From: a virus
Taxonomy: Duplodnaviria > Heunggongvirae > Uroviricota > Caudoviricetes
Direction: 5' to 3' (one strand)
IMG/VR virus record: IMGVR_UViG_3300029079_000067
Length of the DNA: 14,511 nt
Each line of letters opens with the position of its first letter. Position 1 is the first letter of the stretch. The notes under the pieces were generated by a model. The model made no database searches. It had not been told where the DNA came from and was given only the letters and a program-made list of their open reading frames with translations. Position numbers and translations under genes: made by a program. Below are positions 1-9,108 of this stretch, one piece after another.

Positions 1-1209
1 ATGTCGGTTTTTCATAACTGGCTGCTTGATATCGCAAGCGGGAATTACTTTATCTACATCAAACGCCTTTCTGCAAACGACACAGGCGCAACAGGTGGCC
101 ATCAGGTCGGACTTTATATCCCCTCAAATATCGTTGAAAAGCTTTTTCCATCTATCAATCATACTCGCGAACTGAACCCTTCAGTCTTCCTTACTGCGCA
201 TGTATCATCCCATGATTGCCCTGATACCCAAGCACGCGCAATTTATTACAACAACCGTTATTTTGGTAAGACCCGAAACGAAAAAAGAATTACGCGCTGG
301 GGGAGAGGAAGTCCATTACAGAACCCTGAAAATACAGGAGCCCTCACAATTCTTGCTTTCAGGTTAAACGAACAGAACACTGACTGTTCCGAGGTAGATA
401 TATGGGTCTGCGTCAATCCCGATGAAGAGGATATCATCGAGTCTGCTATTGGCGAAATCATACCTGGAACCCTAATTTCCGGCCCTGCCGGACAAATTTT
501 GGGCGGATTGTCTCTTCAGCAAACTCCAGTAAATCATAAATATGTTATTCCTGAAGACTGGAAGAAGCGTTTTCCTTCTGGAAACGAAATTATTCAATAT
601 GCTGCTGGCCATTATGCTAAAAACTCCAAGGATCCAGATGAGCAACTGATTGACCGTCGGCGTGTCGAGTATGATATTTTTCTACTCGTCGAGGAATTAC
701 ATGTTCTTGATATTATTAAGAAAGGATTCGATTCTGTAGATGAGTTTATTGCATTAGCCAACTCTGTCAGTAATCGACGTAAATCAAGGGCAGGCAAATC
801 ACTTGAACTTCACCTAGAGAAGCTTTTTATCGAGCACGGACTACGGCATTTCTCCACTCAGGCAGTTACTGAAGGTAATAAAAAACCAGATTTCCTGTTT
901 CCTTCAGCAGAGGCATATCATAACGTTGAATTTCCTGTAGAAAACTTACGTATGCTGGCAGTAAAGACCACCTGCAAAGATCGCTGGCGTCAGATACTGA
1001 ATGAAGCAGATAAAATCCATCAGGTACATTTATTTACACTGCAAGAAGGTGTTTCTTCAGCACAATACCGAGAAATGAAAGATGCGGGTGTCAGACTCGT
1101 TGTACCATCAACTTTACATAAAAAATACCCAGAAGCAGTTAGAGAAGAATTAATAACGCTCGGAGCATTCATTACTGAGCTGATAGAGCTTTACGCTGAA
1201 CTATCATAG
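1..1209 (+). CDS. ecoRIIR: Type IIE restriction endonuclease, EcoRII-like (complete)
   Basis: 402-codon ORF from ATG at position 1 to TAG at 1207-1209. Translation (MSVFHNWLLDIASGNYF...RLSANDTGATGGHQVGLYIP...) matches, from memory, the EcoRII endonuclease along its length; no identity figure computed. Convergent with a cytosine-5 methyltransferase gene, as in EcoRII. Promoter lies outside the window. Confidence 0.88.
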   Translation: MSVFHNWLLDIASGNYFIYIKRLSANDTGATGGHQVGLYIPSNIVEKLFPSINHTRELNPSVFLTAHVSSHDCPDTQARAIYYNNRYFGKTRNEKRITRWGRGSPLQNPENTGALTILAFRLNEQNTDCSEVDIWVCVNPDEEDIIESAIGEIIPGTLISGPAGQILGGLSLQQTPVNHKYVIPEDWKKRFPSGNEIIQYAAGHYAKNSKDPDEQLIDRRRVEYDIFLLVEELHVLDIIKKGFDSVDEFIALANSVSNRRKSRAGKSLELHLEKLFIEHGLRHFSTQAVTEGNKKPDFLFPSAEAYHNVEFPVENLRMLAVKTTCKDRWRQILNEADKIHQVHLFTLQEGVSSAQYREMKDAGVRLVVPSTLHKKYPEAVREELITLGAFITELIELYAELS

Positions 1210-1214
1210 GCTGA

Positions 1215-1237
1215 CTCCCGGCTTAAAAGGCCGGGAG
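1215..1237. terminator. GC-rich hairpin between the convergent R and M genes (putative bidirectional terminator)
   Basis: ctcccggc (1215-1222) / ttaaaag loop / gccgggag (1230-1237): perfect 8-bp inverted repeat in the 34-bp gap between the two stop codons. No clear T-tract on either side, so terminator function is inferred. Confidence 0.35.
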
Positions 1238-1243
1238 ATGTTC

Positions 1244-2677
1244 TCAAGGCTGCCCAGTCTTACCAGCATCAGCAGAAACAGCTTTGAGGATATAGGGTTC
1301 CAGAAGTCTGGCAACAGCTTCAAATACTGGCACCACAACTGAGTTACCGAACTGCCGATATGACTGAGTATCTGAAACCGGAATACGGAATGGTTTCCCT
1401 CCAGGTTTTTCAAATCCCATAAGGCGTGCGCACTCTCGGGGAGTCAGCCTGCGTGGTCGACGAGCCTGATTACTCTCATTCATAAAGTCAGCCTCTCCCG
1501 TTGCCATATCCCAACCACGATCAATAAGAATTTCTGATCCGTCTTTGTGATATCTGGCAGAAAGTGTGCGTGCAATGCTTTCCTTATTCTCAGGATTGAC
1601 CAACCCAAAGCCAAAACCATTCCCCTTGGCTGCATGCTTTTTGGCGTAGTTATAAAGGTACTCCCATAGTTTTGGCGTAAGTATATATTTACTGTCGACT
1701 ACAGGCTCCAGCAATTCACCAAATGATGGGCGGTGTTCCGGATAAAAACGACTGATATCACGCAAGGTAAACCCCTTGTGAATATTCAGATCTCGTCTAA
1801 ATCCGACCAGAACAATGCGTTCACGATGCTGAGGCAAAAAATGCTTCCCATCGATAATCTTTGGATCGTTTTTTCCCATTTCTGCAGCATCGGCAACTTC
1901 GTAGCCCAGCTCGTCAAGGGTCTCCATAATGACTTTGAAAGTTTTACCCTTATCATGGCTCTTCAGATTTTTGACATTTTCCAGCACAAAAATTGCCGGT
2001 TTTTTTGCTCGTATAATACGTGCCACGTCAAAAAAAAGTGTTCCTTGTGCTTCACATTCAAAACCATGCGCACGACCAAGTGAGTTTTTCTTACTAACAC
2101 CAGCAAGGCTAAATGGCTGGCACGGGAACCCCGCAAGAAGCACATCATGATCCGGCACATGCTCATCAATATATGCATAAGCATCCGTTTCCAATACATC
2201 GGTTTTATCACTCAGCGTGACTTCCCGAATATCGAGATTGAATTTATGCACCTGTTCATCGTTAAACCAGTTGGCCTTGTATGTACGCACAGCATCTTTA
2301 TTCCATTCACTGGTAAAAACACACTGGCCTCCAATGGCCTCAAAACCTTTCCGTATCCCTCCAATTCCAGCAAATAAGTCAATGAAGCGGAAAGCATATT
2401 CCGGATGGTTTGCAGGTGGTTCTGGTAGCATCTTACGCAGAAGAGACTCTTCTACTGAAGTCAACGATTTTGGTAAACACTTGCCATTAATCCAGCGGTT
2501 AATGGTTTCACGGCTCCACTCATTTTTTCCGACTTTTCTCAGTAATTCAGCCACATACTTCTGATCATAGATTTCCAGCACTTTCTCGATAAGCTTTTTA
2601 TCATTTTCCTGTCGCAGCTTTTCTTCCGCCTCGGCTTCCTTCAGCAGATGCTGTGCCAACACTTCAAATTCAGACAT
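1244..2677 (-). CDS. ecoRIIM: DNA (cytosine-5)-methyltransferase, M.EcoRII/Dcm-like
   Basis: Minus-strand ORF 1244-2719. The internal ATG at 2677 has GGAGG 4 nt upstream (plus-strand cctcc at 2682-2686), so 2677 is the preferred start (477 aa); the track start at 2719 adds 14 codons. Canonical C5-MTase motifs present: FAGIGG (motif I), GFPCQPFS (motif IV, catalytic Cys), ENV (motif VI), QHRERIV (motif VIII), RQFGNSV (motif X). Confidence 0.9.
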   Translation of the reverse strand: MSEFEVLAQHLLKEAEAEEKLRQENDKKLIEKVLEIYDQKYVAELLRKVGKNEWSRETINRWINGKCLPKSLTSVEESLLRKMLPEPPANHPEYAFRFIDLFAGIGGIRKGFEAIGGQCVFTSEWNKDAVRTYKANWFNDEQVHKFNLDIREVTLSDKTDVLETDAYAYIDEHVPDHDVLLAGFPCQPFSLAGVSKKNSLGRAHGFECEAQGTLFFDVARIIRAKKPAIFVLENVKNLKSHDKGKTFKVIMETLDELGYEVADAAEMGKNDPKIIDGKHFLPQHRERIVLVGFRRDLNIHKGFTLRDISRFYPEHRPSFGELLEPVVDSKYILTPKLWEYLYNYAKKHAAKGNGFGFGLVNPENKESIARTLSARYHKDGSEILIDRGWDMATGEADFMNESNQARRPRRLTPRECARLMGFEKPGGKPFRIPVSDTQSYRQFGNSVVVPVFEAVARLLEPYILKAVSADAGKTGQP

Positions 2678-3857
<1,180 letters not shown>

Positions 3858-3876
3858 GTCTTTAAGTGATAAGCAT

Positions 3877-3915
3877 AAACCGCAGCACGATCTTGCATAC
3901 GACGTGCTACGGTTT
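3877..3915. repeat. Imperfect 13-bp inverted repeat overlapping the pin stop codon (possible bidirectional terminator)
   Basis: aaaccgcagcacg (3877-3889) / 13-nt loop / cgtgctacggttt (3903-3915), one mismatch. Lies between the convergent GIY-YIG and pin genes. Flanking T-tracts are weak. Confidence 0.3.
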
Positions 3916-4469
3916 CATTTATCTCCGACCGAAAACTTCTTATACAGTGTCGATATACCAACATCATAGATGATCGCCACCTTCTGGCGAGGAACGCCTG
4001 ATGCAATTAATCGCCCGGCCTGCGCCCATTGTTCTGGTGTAAGTTTGGGACGACGTCCACCAATTCGTCCCTGTGCGCGAGCAGCTTCCAGTCCAGCTTT
4101 TGTTCGTTCAACAATCAGTTCACGCTCCATTTCAGCCAGGGCACCCATCACATGAAAGAAAAAGCGCCCCATTGGGGTACTGGTATCAATTGAATCCGTC
4201 AGACTACGAAAGTTGATGCCTCGTTCGCGCAACTCCTCCACCAGCACGACAAGATGCCGCATACTGCGCCCCAGTCGGTCCAGTTTCCAGACCACCAGCG
4301 TGTCACCTGCCGATAATGTCCTGAGCAGCTTTTTCAGTCCTGGTCTGTCGGACTTTGTACCGCTTATCTTGTCTTCAAAAATCAGCTCGCATCCTGCACA
4401 GTTCAGCGCATTACGTTGTAGATCTGTGTTCTGGTCATTTGTTGACACACGTACATAGCCAATAAGCAT
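3915..4469 (-). CDS. pin: Serine recombinase, DNA invertase of the Pin/Gin/Hin/Cin (Din) family
   Basis: ORF 3915-4505. The product from the internal ATG at 4469 (MLIGYVRVSTNDQNTDLQ..., 184 aa) matches from memory the e14 Pin invertase, with the catalytic Ser in the YVRVST motif and a C-terminal HTH (VAIIYDVGISTLYKK). The 12 extra N-terminal codons of the track ORF are probably not translated. Confidence 0.9.
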   Translation of the reverse strand: MLIGYVRVSTNDQNTDLQRNALNCAGCELIFEDKISGTKSDRPGLKKLLRTLSAGDTLVVWKLDRLGRSMRHLVVLVEELRERGINFRSLTDSIDTSTPMGRFFFHVMGALAEMERELIVERTKAGLEAARAQGRIGGRRPKLTPEQWAQAGRLIASGVPRQKVAIIYDVGISTLYKKFSVGDK

Positions 4470-4495
4470 GGTAGATCTCCCTGACAAAAGCAGGA

Positions 4496-5074
4496 ATGAT
4501 GCCATTTGCTCGTTATTTCTGCATTTTCATAAACGTTGGTTTGGGAGAAGGTTCGGCATTACCCGTTGGCGTGCCTGTTCCGTGGCCTTCCGCCACTCCG
4601 CCAACAGGCTGGCTGAAATGCAACGGTGCCGCTTTTTCTGCAGAAGAATACCCGGAACTGGCAAAGGCTTATCCGACAAATAAATTGCCTGATTTACGTG
4701 GTGAGTTTATTCGTGGCTGGGATGACGGGCGTGGAGTGGATGCGGGACGTGCCTTGCTAAGTCTTCAGGATGACTCTTTTGAAGCGCACAGGCATGAGTC
4801 CTTTTTTTACGCGGGTATTTCTCGCAATGAAATACCATTAAAAAATCTTCCAAGTTCAGACGAGATGCTGACTTTAAGTTCTACAACTAATGCCTTGTCC
4901 CCGGACGGTATTGATGCCACTAATTCGTTAATTGGTAATGATGATTACAACTGTCTGATTGAAGGAAATAAAAATAACAAACGAACAGCGACGGGGTTGA
5001 GTACCAGTATTGTCGGTGCAGCAGAGACACGCCCACGTAATATTTCATTTAATTACATTGTGAGGGCTGCATGA
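4496..5074 (+). CDS. Tail-fibre C-terminal variable cassette (Sv'-like), probably silent in this orientation
   Basis: Translation GVPVPWPSATPPTGWLKCNGAAFSAEEYPELAKAYP...LPDLRGEFIRGWDDGRGVDAGRALL is typical of the host-range C-terminal domain of Mu S / P1 S / e14 Stf tail fibres. It begins at the invertase crossover site and is transcribed away from pin, as in the G/P/C invertible segments. No constant-region N-terminal part lies upstream. Confidence 0.65.
   Translation: MMPFARYFCIFINVGLGEGSALPVGVPVPWPSATPPTGWLKCNGAAFSAEEYPELAKAYPTNKLPDLRGEFIRGWDDGRGVDAGRALLSLQDDSFEAHRHESFFYAGISRNEIPLKNLPSSDEMLTLSSTTNALSPDGIDATNSLIGNDDYNCLIEGNKNNKRTATGLSTSIVGAAETRPRNISFNYIVRAA
4524..4549. other. Candidate invertase crossover site (gix/pix-like 26-bp site)
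   Basis: ttttcataaacgttggtttgggagaa resembles the Gin gix consensus TTCCTGTAAACCGAGGTTTTGGATAA (17 of 26 positions by eye, conserved TAAAC...GGTTT...GGA.AA core). About 55 bp from the pin start and in frame with the tail-fibre cassette. Confidence 0.45.
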
Positions 5075-5298
5075 TGTATAACGCCATCTTGAATAGTAAA
5101 TTTATTGCCACAAAGGCAGGAGAGATTACCGTTTATAACTATGACAGTGAGACACGGGAGTATATTTCTGCATCAACTGAATATCTTGCTGTGGGTGTCG
5201 GTATCCCTGCATATTCCTGTTTAGATGCTCCTGGCACACATAAGGTTGGTTACCCGGAATGGTTTTGCCGACCACGTTGCCGATACACCAGGTCATGA
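5071..5298 (+). pseudogene. Tail-fibre assembly (Tfa/U-like) gene, N-terminal fragment only
   Basis: The first ~55 residues ([37 protein letters not shown]) follow the conserved Tfa N-terminal pattern (I.IYN....EFI......G.PA.S.D.AP). Similarity stops near 5260, where the sequence becomes the antisense of the terminase 3' end. ATGA overlap with the upstream cassette stop. Confidence 0.5.
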
Positions 5299-6832
5299 TG
5301 GGATTGCCGTCATGATGAAAGCGCCCCGATTCAATTGCCGCTTCCAGCTCTTTCATCGGGTCGGACATGTTGGTGTAGTTCTGAATGATGGTGATGGGAT
5401 TCAGGTCTTCATCAGCAAGGTCATGTGACAGCCCGGTCGCCCCGAAGGGGTCGATGGGTGACTCGCTGACCGGGCTGATTTTGTTCGCTGCTTTGGCCTC
5501 TTCGAGGATGTAGCGATAATCCACCTCTGCACCATCGGTAACGGTCAGGACGCCCATTTCCACCCATTTCTGAAAGCGTTCGGCTGTCCGGCGATCTTCA
5601 TTTTTCTCGACGCTGTACACCGTGTCATACGGTACCCAGAAACGCGGGGCCACACTGTAGTAATGCGTTTTACCGTCAATCTCGCGGGTATAAAGTCGCG
5701 CCATGCTGTTCATATCCAGCTTACGCGCCAGGTCAAAGGCCAGAATGCACGGCTGCCCCTCGAACTGCTCAAGGGTCAGTGATTTATCCTCGCAGCTCTG
5801 CCAGCTCACCAGGTTGAAATACGCCGAACGCGCCGACACCCAGATATTGAGGTGTTTTGTTTTAAAGACGTTTGCCAGACGGGCGTTATTTTTCGCACGC
5901 TGCTGCTGACTTAACAAAAATTCGCGATAAACCGACACGCCAATATTTGGATTGGCTTTTTCCAGCACCTGCGGGTCGGTCCAGTCGTCACCTTCATCAA
6001 CGGTATAGATGATCCCGAACAGTTCATCGTTGGGCACCGAGCCGTTGAGCATCTCGATGACTTCCCGCCGCTTGTCGTAGCACGGCCCCTCAATGTTGTA
6101 CCCGGCAGTAGTAATGGCCCACATCAGTGGCTGACGTCGCGCCCCCATCCCGGTAAGCATCGTGGTGTAAAGCGCATCGGTGGCGTGCTCGTGATATTCA
6201 TCCACCACCGCACAGTGGGGTGATGATCCATCACCGGGGTTACCGATCAGCGGTTCAAACCGCGCGCCATCCTCCGGACGGTTCATGTTTGAGGCGTTAA
6301 CCTCAATCCCGAACGCTTCCGTCAGCATGGGCGTGCGTTTACACATCAGTCGCGCCGGGCGAAAGACTTCCCACGCCTGTTTCTCTGTCGTGGCACCGGA
6401 ATACACTTCCGCGCCAAACTCGTTATCACAGGCAAAACAATACAGGGCGACACCGGCAGAGATTGCCGATTTGCCGTTCTTACGGGGGATTTCGGTATAC
6501 ACCTCCCGGAAGCGGCGCAGCCGGGAGCCTTTATTGACCCAGCCAAACGCACAGCAGATCACAAAGAGCTGCCACGGCTCCAGCGTGATGGGCATCCGTT
6601 TGAATGCCCACTCACCCTTGGTGTGCGGCAACAGCTGAATAAATTTGGCGGCCCGTTCAGCCAGGTCCTTGTCGAAGCGGTAACGAAACGACTTACTTTT
6701 TTCCGCCATCAGGTCATCAAGATGGCGCTGGCAGGCCTGAATCACAAACTGGCAGGCCACAATCTTTCCGCGAACGACATCCCGGGCATACTGATTGGCA
6801 GCATTTACGTTGGGGTAAGATTTCCGGCTCAT
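5126..6832 (-). CDS. Phage terminase large subunit (HK97/e14-like); extreme C-terminus replaced at a deletion junction
   Basis: 568-aa ORF with terminase-large-subunit character: N-terminal ATPase region (EIPRKNGKS Walker-A-like) and C-terminal nuclease region. The last ~45 codons (after ...CIGNVVGKT) read through the antisense of the Tfa fragment and do not look terminase-like. Start overlaps the upstream terS stop (ATGA). Confidence 0.85.
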   Translation of the reverse strand: MSRKSYPNVNAANQYARDVVRGKIVACQFVIQACQRHLDDLMAEKSKSFRYRFDKDLAERAAKFIQLLPHTKGEWAFKRMPITLEPWQLFVICCAFGWVNKGSRLRRFREVYTEIPRKNGKSAISAGVALYCFACDNEFGAEVYSGATTEKQAWEVFRPARLMCKRTPMLTEAFGIEVNASNMNRPEDGARFEPLIGNPGDGSSPHCAVVDEYHEHATDALYTTMLTGMGARRQPLMWAITTAGYNIEGPCYDKRREVIEMLNGSVPNDELFGIIYTVDEGDDWTDPQVLEKANPNIGVSVYREFLLSQQQRAKNNARLANVFKTKHLNIWVSARSAYFNLVSWQSCEDKSLTLEQFEGQPCILAFDLARKLDMNSMARLYTREIDGKTHYYSVAPRFWVPYDTVYSVEKNEDRRTAERFQKWVEMGVLTVTDGAEVDYRYILEEAKAANKISPVSESPIDPFGATGLSHDLADEDLNPITIIQNYTNMSDPMKELEAAIESGRFHHDGNPIMTWCIGNVVGKTIPGNQPYVCQEHLNRNMQGYRHPQQDIQLMQKYTPVSHCHSYKR

Positions 6833-7323
6833 GATTCGATGATTTTCAGAAACGGGTTAGTAGCTTTCTTCTGCCCCGCCAGGCCAATCAGACGCTGGCG
6901 GCTGCTGGGGTCGAGTCCGAGCATTGCCCCCGTGCTGCTCATCTCGGACTCCTGTTCTTTTTTGGCGGTCAGCTCAGGATTTTTGACCATACCGCCCATT
7001 GCACCGGTGATGGTGTTGCCCTGTCTGGCAATATTTTTCACGGCACGTCGCCAGAACTCATAGGCCACACACCACCGCTCAAGCACCGCGAGGTCAGTCA
7101 CGCACAGCAGGCCCTGACCGCAAAGTTCTTTAGTTGTCAATTGCCACATGATCGTGGCGAGAGGGAGATCTTCTTCAGCGAACCACTCCGGTGGCTCAAC
7201 ACCTTTGATGGGCGTAAAAACAGGTTCATCTTTATTCAGGGCTCGCTTGCCGGGGTTTCCGGCCAGCGCCTTGCGCGCCGTTGGCTTGGGGCGACGCCCG
7301 GAACGCCCCGCCGTTCCAGCCAT
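6829..7323 (-). CDS. Phage terminase small subunit (P27-family-like)
   Basis: Immediately upstream of and overlapping the large terminase gene. Basic N-terminus ([22 protein letters not shown]). Preferred start is the ATG at 7323 with AGGAG 8 nt upstream; the track start at 7332 is a GTG. Confidence 0.65.
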   Translation of the reverse strand: MAGTAGRSGRRPKPTARKALAGNPGKRALNKDEPVFTPIKGVEPPEWFAEEDLPLATIMWQLTTKELCGQGLLCVTDLAVLERWCVAYEFWRRAVKNIARQGNTITGAMGGMVKNPELTAKKEQESEMSSTGAMLGLDPSSRQRLIGLAGQKKATNPFLKIIES

Positions 7324-7332
7324 ATGCGGCAC

Positions 7333-7449
7333 TCCTGGTTAAATTTCATTTTTCGCGGGTATAAAAAAACGATGGGGCGGGCAGTCCGGAAGACGTCAGG
7401 TCACAGGGATTTGACCCGCCCCTCCCCCACAGACAGTTGAGAATTATTA
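7333..7449. other. Candidate cos/packaging region between the HNH gene and terS
   Basis: 117-bp non-coding gap holding GC-rich inverted elements (ggggcggg ... cccgcccc). In HK97-like phages cos lies between the HNH endonuclease gene and terS. Positional inference only. Confidence 0.2.
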
Positions 7450-7800
7450 TCACTTTAACCGTTCACGGGCCGTCTTCGCCTTATGACACGGCCAGCACAG
7501 ACTCTGCAGATTACTGTCGGCATCAGTGCCGCCATGTGCTTTAGGGATGATGTGGTCAACGGTTTTCGCCTCACGCACCACACCGGCACGCAGACATAAC
7601 TGACACAGGCCTTTGTCACGTTGCAGTACACGTTCACGGATAGCATCCCATTTCGAACCGTAGCCGCGCTGATGACGGGACTGGCCTGGCTTGTATTGCT
7701 TCCAGCCTTCGCTTTTGTGGCTTTCGCAGTAGCCTGACGGGTCTGTGGTGGTATGGCGGCAGCCACGAACACGGCAGGCTTTTGGGATTCGTGATGGCAT
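7450..7800 (-). CDS. Phage HNH endonuclease (terminase-associated)
   Basis: Product has the HNH zinc-finger pattern CRVRGCRH...C.SH...VDHIIPKAHGG...NLQSLCWPCH. Preferred start is the ATG at 7800 with GGAG 5 nt upstream; the track start at 7899 adds 33 doubtful codons. Confidence 0.8.
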   Translation of the reverse strand: MPSRIPKACRVRGCRHTTTDPSGYCESHKSEGWKQYKPGQSRHQRGYGSKWDAIRERVLQRDKGLCQLCLRAGVVREAKTVDHIIPKAHGGTDADSNLQSLCWPCHKAKTARERLK

Positions 7801-7920
7801 ATGTACTCCAATGAAGAAGCCACCGACATAGCCTCCTCCATTCATCGTGAAACTATTTTCATCTACCCAGTAATGAATTCTTTGTAGAGTTGTGATCAAT
7901 ACAACTCACTAATGGAGAGG

Positions 7921-7942
7921 CTTGTCCAACACGTTGGACAAG
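7921..7942. promoter_or_regulatory. Perfect 10-bp-arm palindrome, operator-like
   Basis: cttgtccaac-ac-gttggacaag: 10-bp perfect inverted arms around a 2-bp centre. A second 7-bp-arm inverted repeat (gagttgt-gatcaat-acaactc) lies at 7887-7907. Both sit in non-coding DNA upstream of the small plus-strand ORF and of the HNH gene. Confidence 0.3.
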
Positions 7943-8022
7943 TTTCCTGTTTGATTTACTGGACACTACAGAAGGACAGAATGCCTTCATCACTCGAATA
8001 ACATCAATTAAGGAGGTTAAAC

Positions 8023-8145
8023 ATGTTTCGTTCCAAAAGTCAGTTGACTGTAATTATTATTACGTCACCTTATGCCAAAGAGCTTTTCCGCTTCACTTTG
8101 AGCCTGATTCACTTCTACCTGACCGGCTCGCCTCTATCTTTCTAA
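8023..8145 (+). CDS. Small ORF (40 aa), hydrophobic, with a consensus ribosome-binding site
   Basis: AGGAGG at 8011-8016, 6-nt spacer, ATG at 8023, TAA at 8143-8145. Product MFRSKSQLTVIIITSPYAKELFRFTLSLIHFYLTGSPLSF. Below the length cutoff of the ORF track. Its 3' end overlaps the 3' end of the Rz1-frame ORF on the other strand. Confidence 0.3.
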   Translation: MFRSKSQLTVIIITSPYAKELFRFTLSLIHFYLTGSPLSF

Positions 8146-8368
8146 TCCCCGCTTTATCCAAATTGCACTGCCATAATGCCGACAATAAACTGACATTTAA
8201 ATCTAGGCTACCTCCATAAGTCAGAGGATTGGGGATAACTGGCTGTGGAGTTTCAGCGAGCAGGTTCGCCGGTAACGGCATCGTTGGAACCTGCACGTAA
8301 ACTGTCCGCGTACTTCCGCAACCGGTCAGCAGCGGCAGCAGGCACAGCACGTGAAGCGCAATCATCAT
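8093..8368 (-). CDS. Rz1-like outer-membrane spanin lipoprotein (o-spanin), overlapped arrangement
   Basis: In the +1 frame relative to Rz. From the tandem ATGs at 8368/8365 the product has a signal peptide plus lipobox (MMIALHVLCLLPLLTGC) and a proline-rich mature region (VPTMPLPANLLAETPQPVIPNPL). It runs past the Rz stop to 8093. Start and true end uncertain. Confidence 0.55.
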   Translation of the reverse strand: MMIALHVLCLLPLLTGCGSTRTVYVQVPTMPLPANLLAETPQPVIPNPLTYGGSLDLNVSLLSALWQCNLDKAGIRKIEASRSGRSESGSK

Positions 8369-8645
8369 TCTCAACAGCCACTTTGATATCTTCCTGGGTT
8401 CTCTGTGACTCCAGTGCGATCTGCTGTTTTGCATGCTGGTTAGCCTCCAGAACTGTATTGACGATTTGTAGTGATTGCAGGACGTTATTGGTAATGGCTG
8501 TTGCTGATTCAGCATTTCGTACAGCCTCATCAGCACGTTTCTTTTCGTGCTGATATTTGCTGTAGTAGTGGTTGGCAGACCAGATGAAAGAACCGATGAC
8601 GGTAAAGAAGAATGCAGCGATAACCAGCTTATAGCTCAACTTCAT
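8253..8645 (-). CDS. Rz-like inner-membrane spanin (i-spanin)
   Basis: 130-aa product with an N-terminal transmembrane segment (LVIAAFFFTVIGSFIW) and a charged, coiled-coil-like periplasmic region. Start overlaps the endolysin 3' end, as in lambda R-Rz. Confidence 0.6.
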   Translation of the reverse strand: MKLSYKLVIAAFFFTVIGSFIWSANHYYSKYQHEKKRADEAVRNAESATAITNNVLQSLQIVNTVLEANQHAKQQIALESQRTQEDIKVAVENDDCASRAVPAAAADRLRKYADSLRAGSNDAVTGEPAR

Positions 8646-9105
8646 TTACCACCCCACCAGCCTCTTTAAACCGGGAAATCAGGTCACCGATTTTATGTTC
8701 ATACTGACCGTAACCTGCACCAGGTAGCGACGCCCAGATATTGCTGCAACGGTCGATAGCCTGACGGATATCACCGCGATCAATCATCGTTAAAGCGCCA
8801 CACTCTTTAATCTGCTGTAATGCCACGGAGTCCTGGCTTCTGGGAGAGAAGTCTTTCAGCCCTAGCTGCTTGCGGTAGGCATCCCACCAACGGGAAAGAA
8901 GCTGGTAACGTCCGGCTGCTGTTGATTTGAGTTTCGGGTTTAGCGTGACAAGTTTGCGAGGATGATCGGAGTAATCAGTAAACAGTTCACCACCGACAAT
9001 AACGTCATAACCGTGGTTACGTGTCGGTTGTCGCCCGTTATCCGTTCCTTCTGACCATGCCACCATATCGAGGAAAGCTTTACGCTGGGAATTTAGTGCC
9101 TGCAT
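8629..9105 (-). CDS. Endolysin, lambda R-type lytic transglycosylase
   Basis: 158-aa product (...QRKAFLDMVAWSEGTDNGRQPTRNHGYDVIVGGELFTDYSDHPRKLVTLNPKLKSTAAGRYQLLSRWWDAYRKQLGLKDFSP...) is near-colinear with phage lambda R as recalled from memory, including the catalytic Glu in WSEGT. Confidence 0.9.
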   Translation of the reverse strand: MQALNSQRKAFLDMVAWSEGTDNGRQPTRNHGYDVIVGGELFTDYSDHPRKLVTLNPKLKSTAAGRYQLLSRWWDAYRKQLGLKDFSPRSQDSVALQQIKECGALTMIDRGDIRQAIDRCSNIWASLPGAGYGQYEHKIGDLISRFKEAGGVVNEVEL

Positions 9106-9108
9106 AAA

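Noticed and set aside
258-797. Minus-strand ORFs 258-461 and 612-797 inside the restriction endonuclease gene
   Set aside because: Antisense to a full-length, recognisable EcoRII-like coding frame; judged to be shadow ORFs.
1204-1413. Minus-strand ORF 1204-1413 overlapping the 3' end of the methyltransferase gene
   Set aside because: Alternative frame of the methyltransferase 3' end; no independent support.
1733-2564. Several 60-116-aa ORFs on both strands inside the methyltransferase gene (1733-2083 +, 1929-2150 +, 1963-2211 -, 2147-2377 +, 2212-2397 -, 2217-2564 +)
   Set aside because: They overlap a long ORF with unmistakable C5-methyltransferase motifs. They have no ribosome-binding sites I could see and low-complexity translations typical of shadow frames.
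4496-4523. ATG at 4496 as a genuine start of a free-standing tail-fibre protein
   Set aside because: The first codons span the invertase crossover site and there is no constant tail-fibre region upstream; the cassette is more plausibly expressed only after fusion by inversion.
3970-4683. Plus-strand ORFs 3970-4155, 4213-4458 and 4468-4683 overlapping pin
   Set aside because: Antisense or out-of-frame relative to pin; Pro/Ser/Arg-rich translations typical of non-coding frames.
5225-7063. Plus-strand ORFs 5225-5428, 5703-5909, 6285-6638, 6623-7063 and minus-strand ORFs 5911-6093, 6346-6552 within the terminase genes
   Set aside because: All lie inside the long terminase reading frame on the opposite strand or in another frame; judged to be shadow ORFs.
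7141-7440. Plus-strand ORFs 7141-7440 and 7148-7342 across the terS start and the cos-like gap
   Set aside because: Antisense to terS; Arg/Pro/Gly-rich translation; no ribosome-binding site.
7455-7899. Alternative minus-strand frame 7455-7841 and the N-terminal extension of the HNH ORF to 7899
   Set aside because: The HNH motifs are in the 7450-7800 frame with a Shine-Dalgarno before the ATG at 7800. The extension and the alternative frame have no support.
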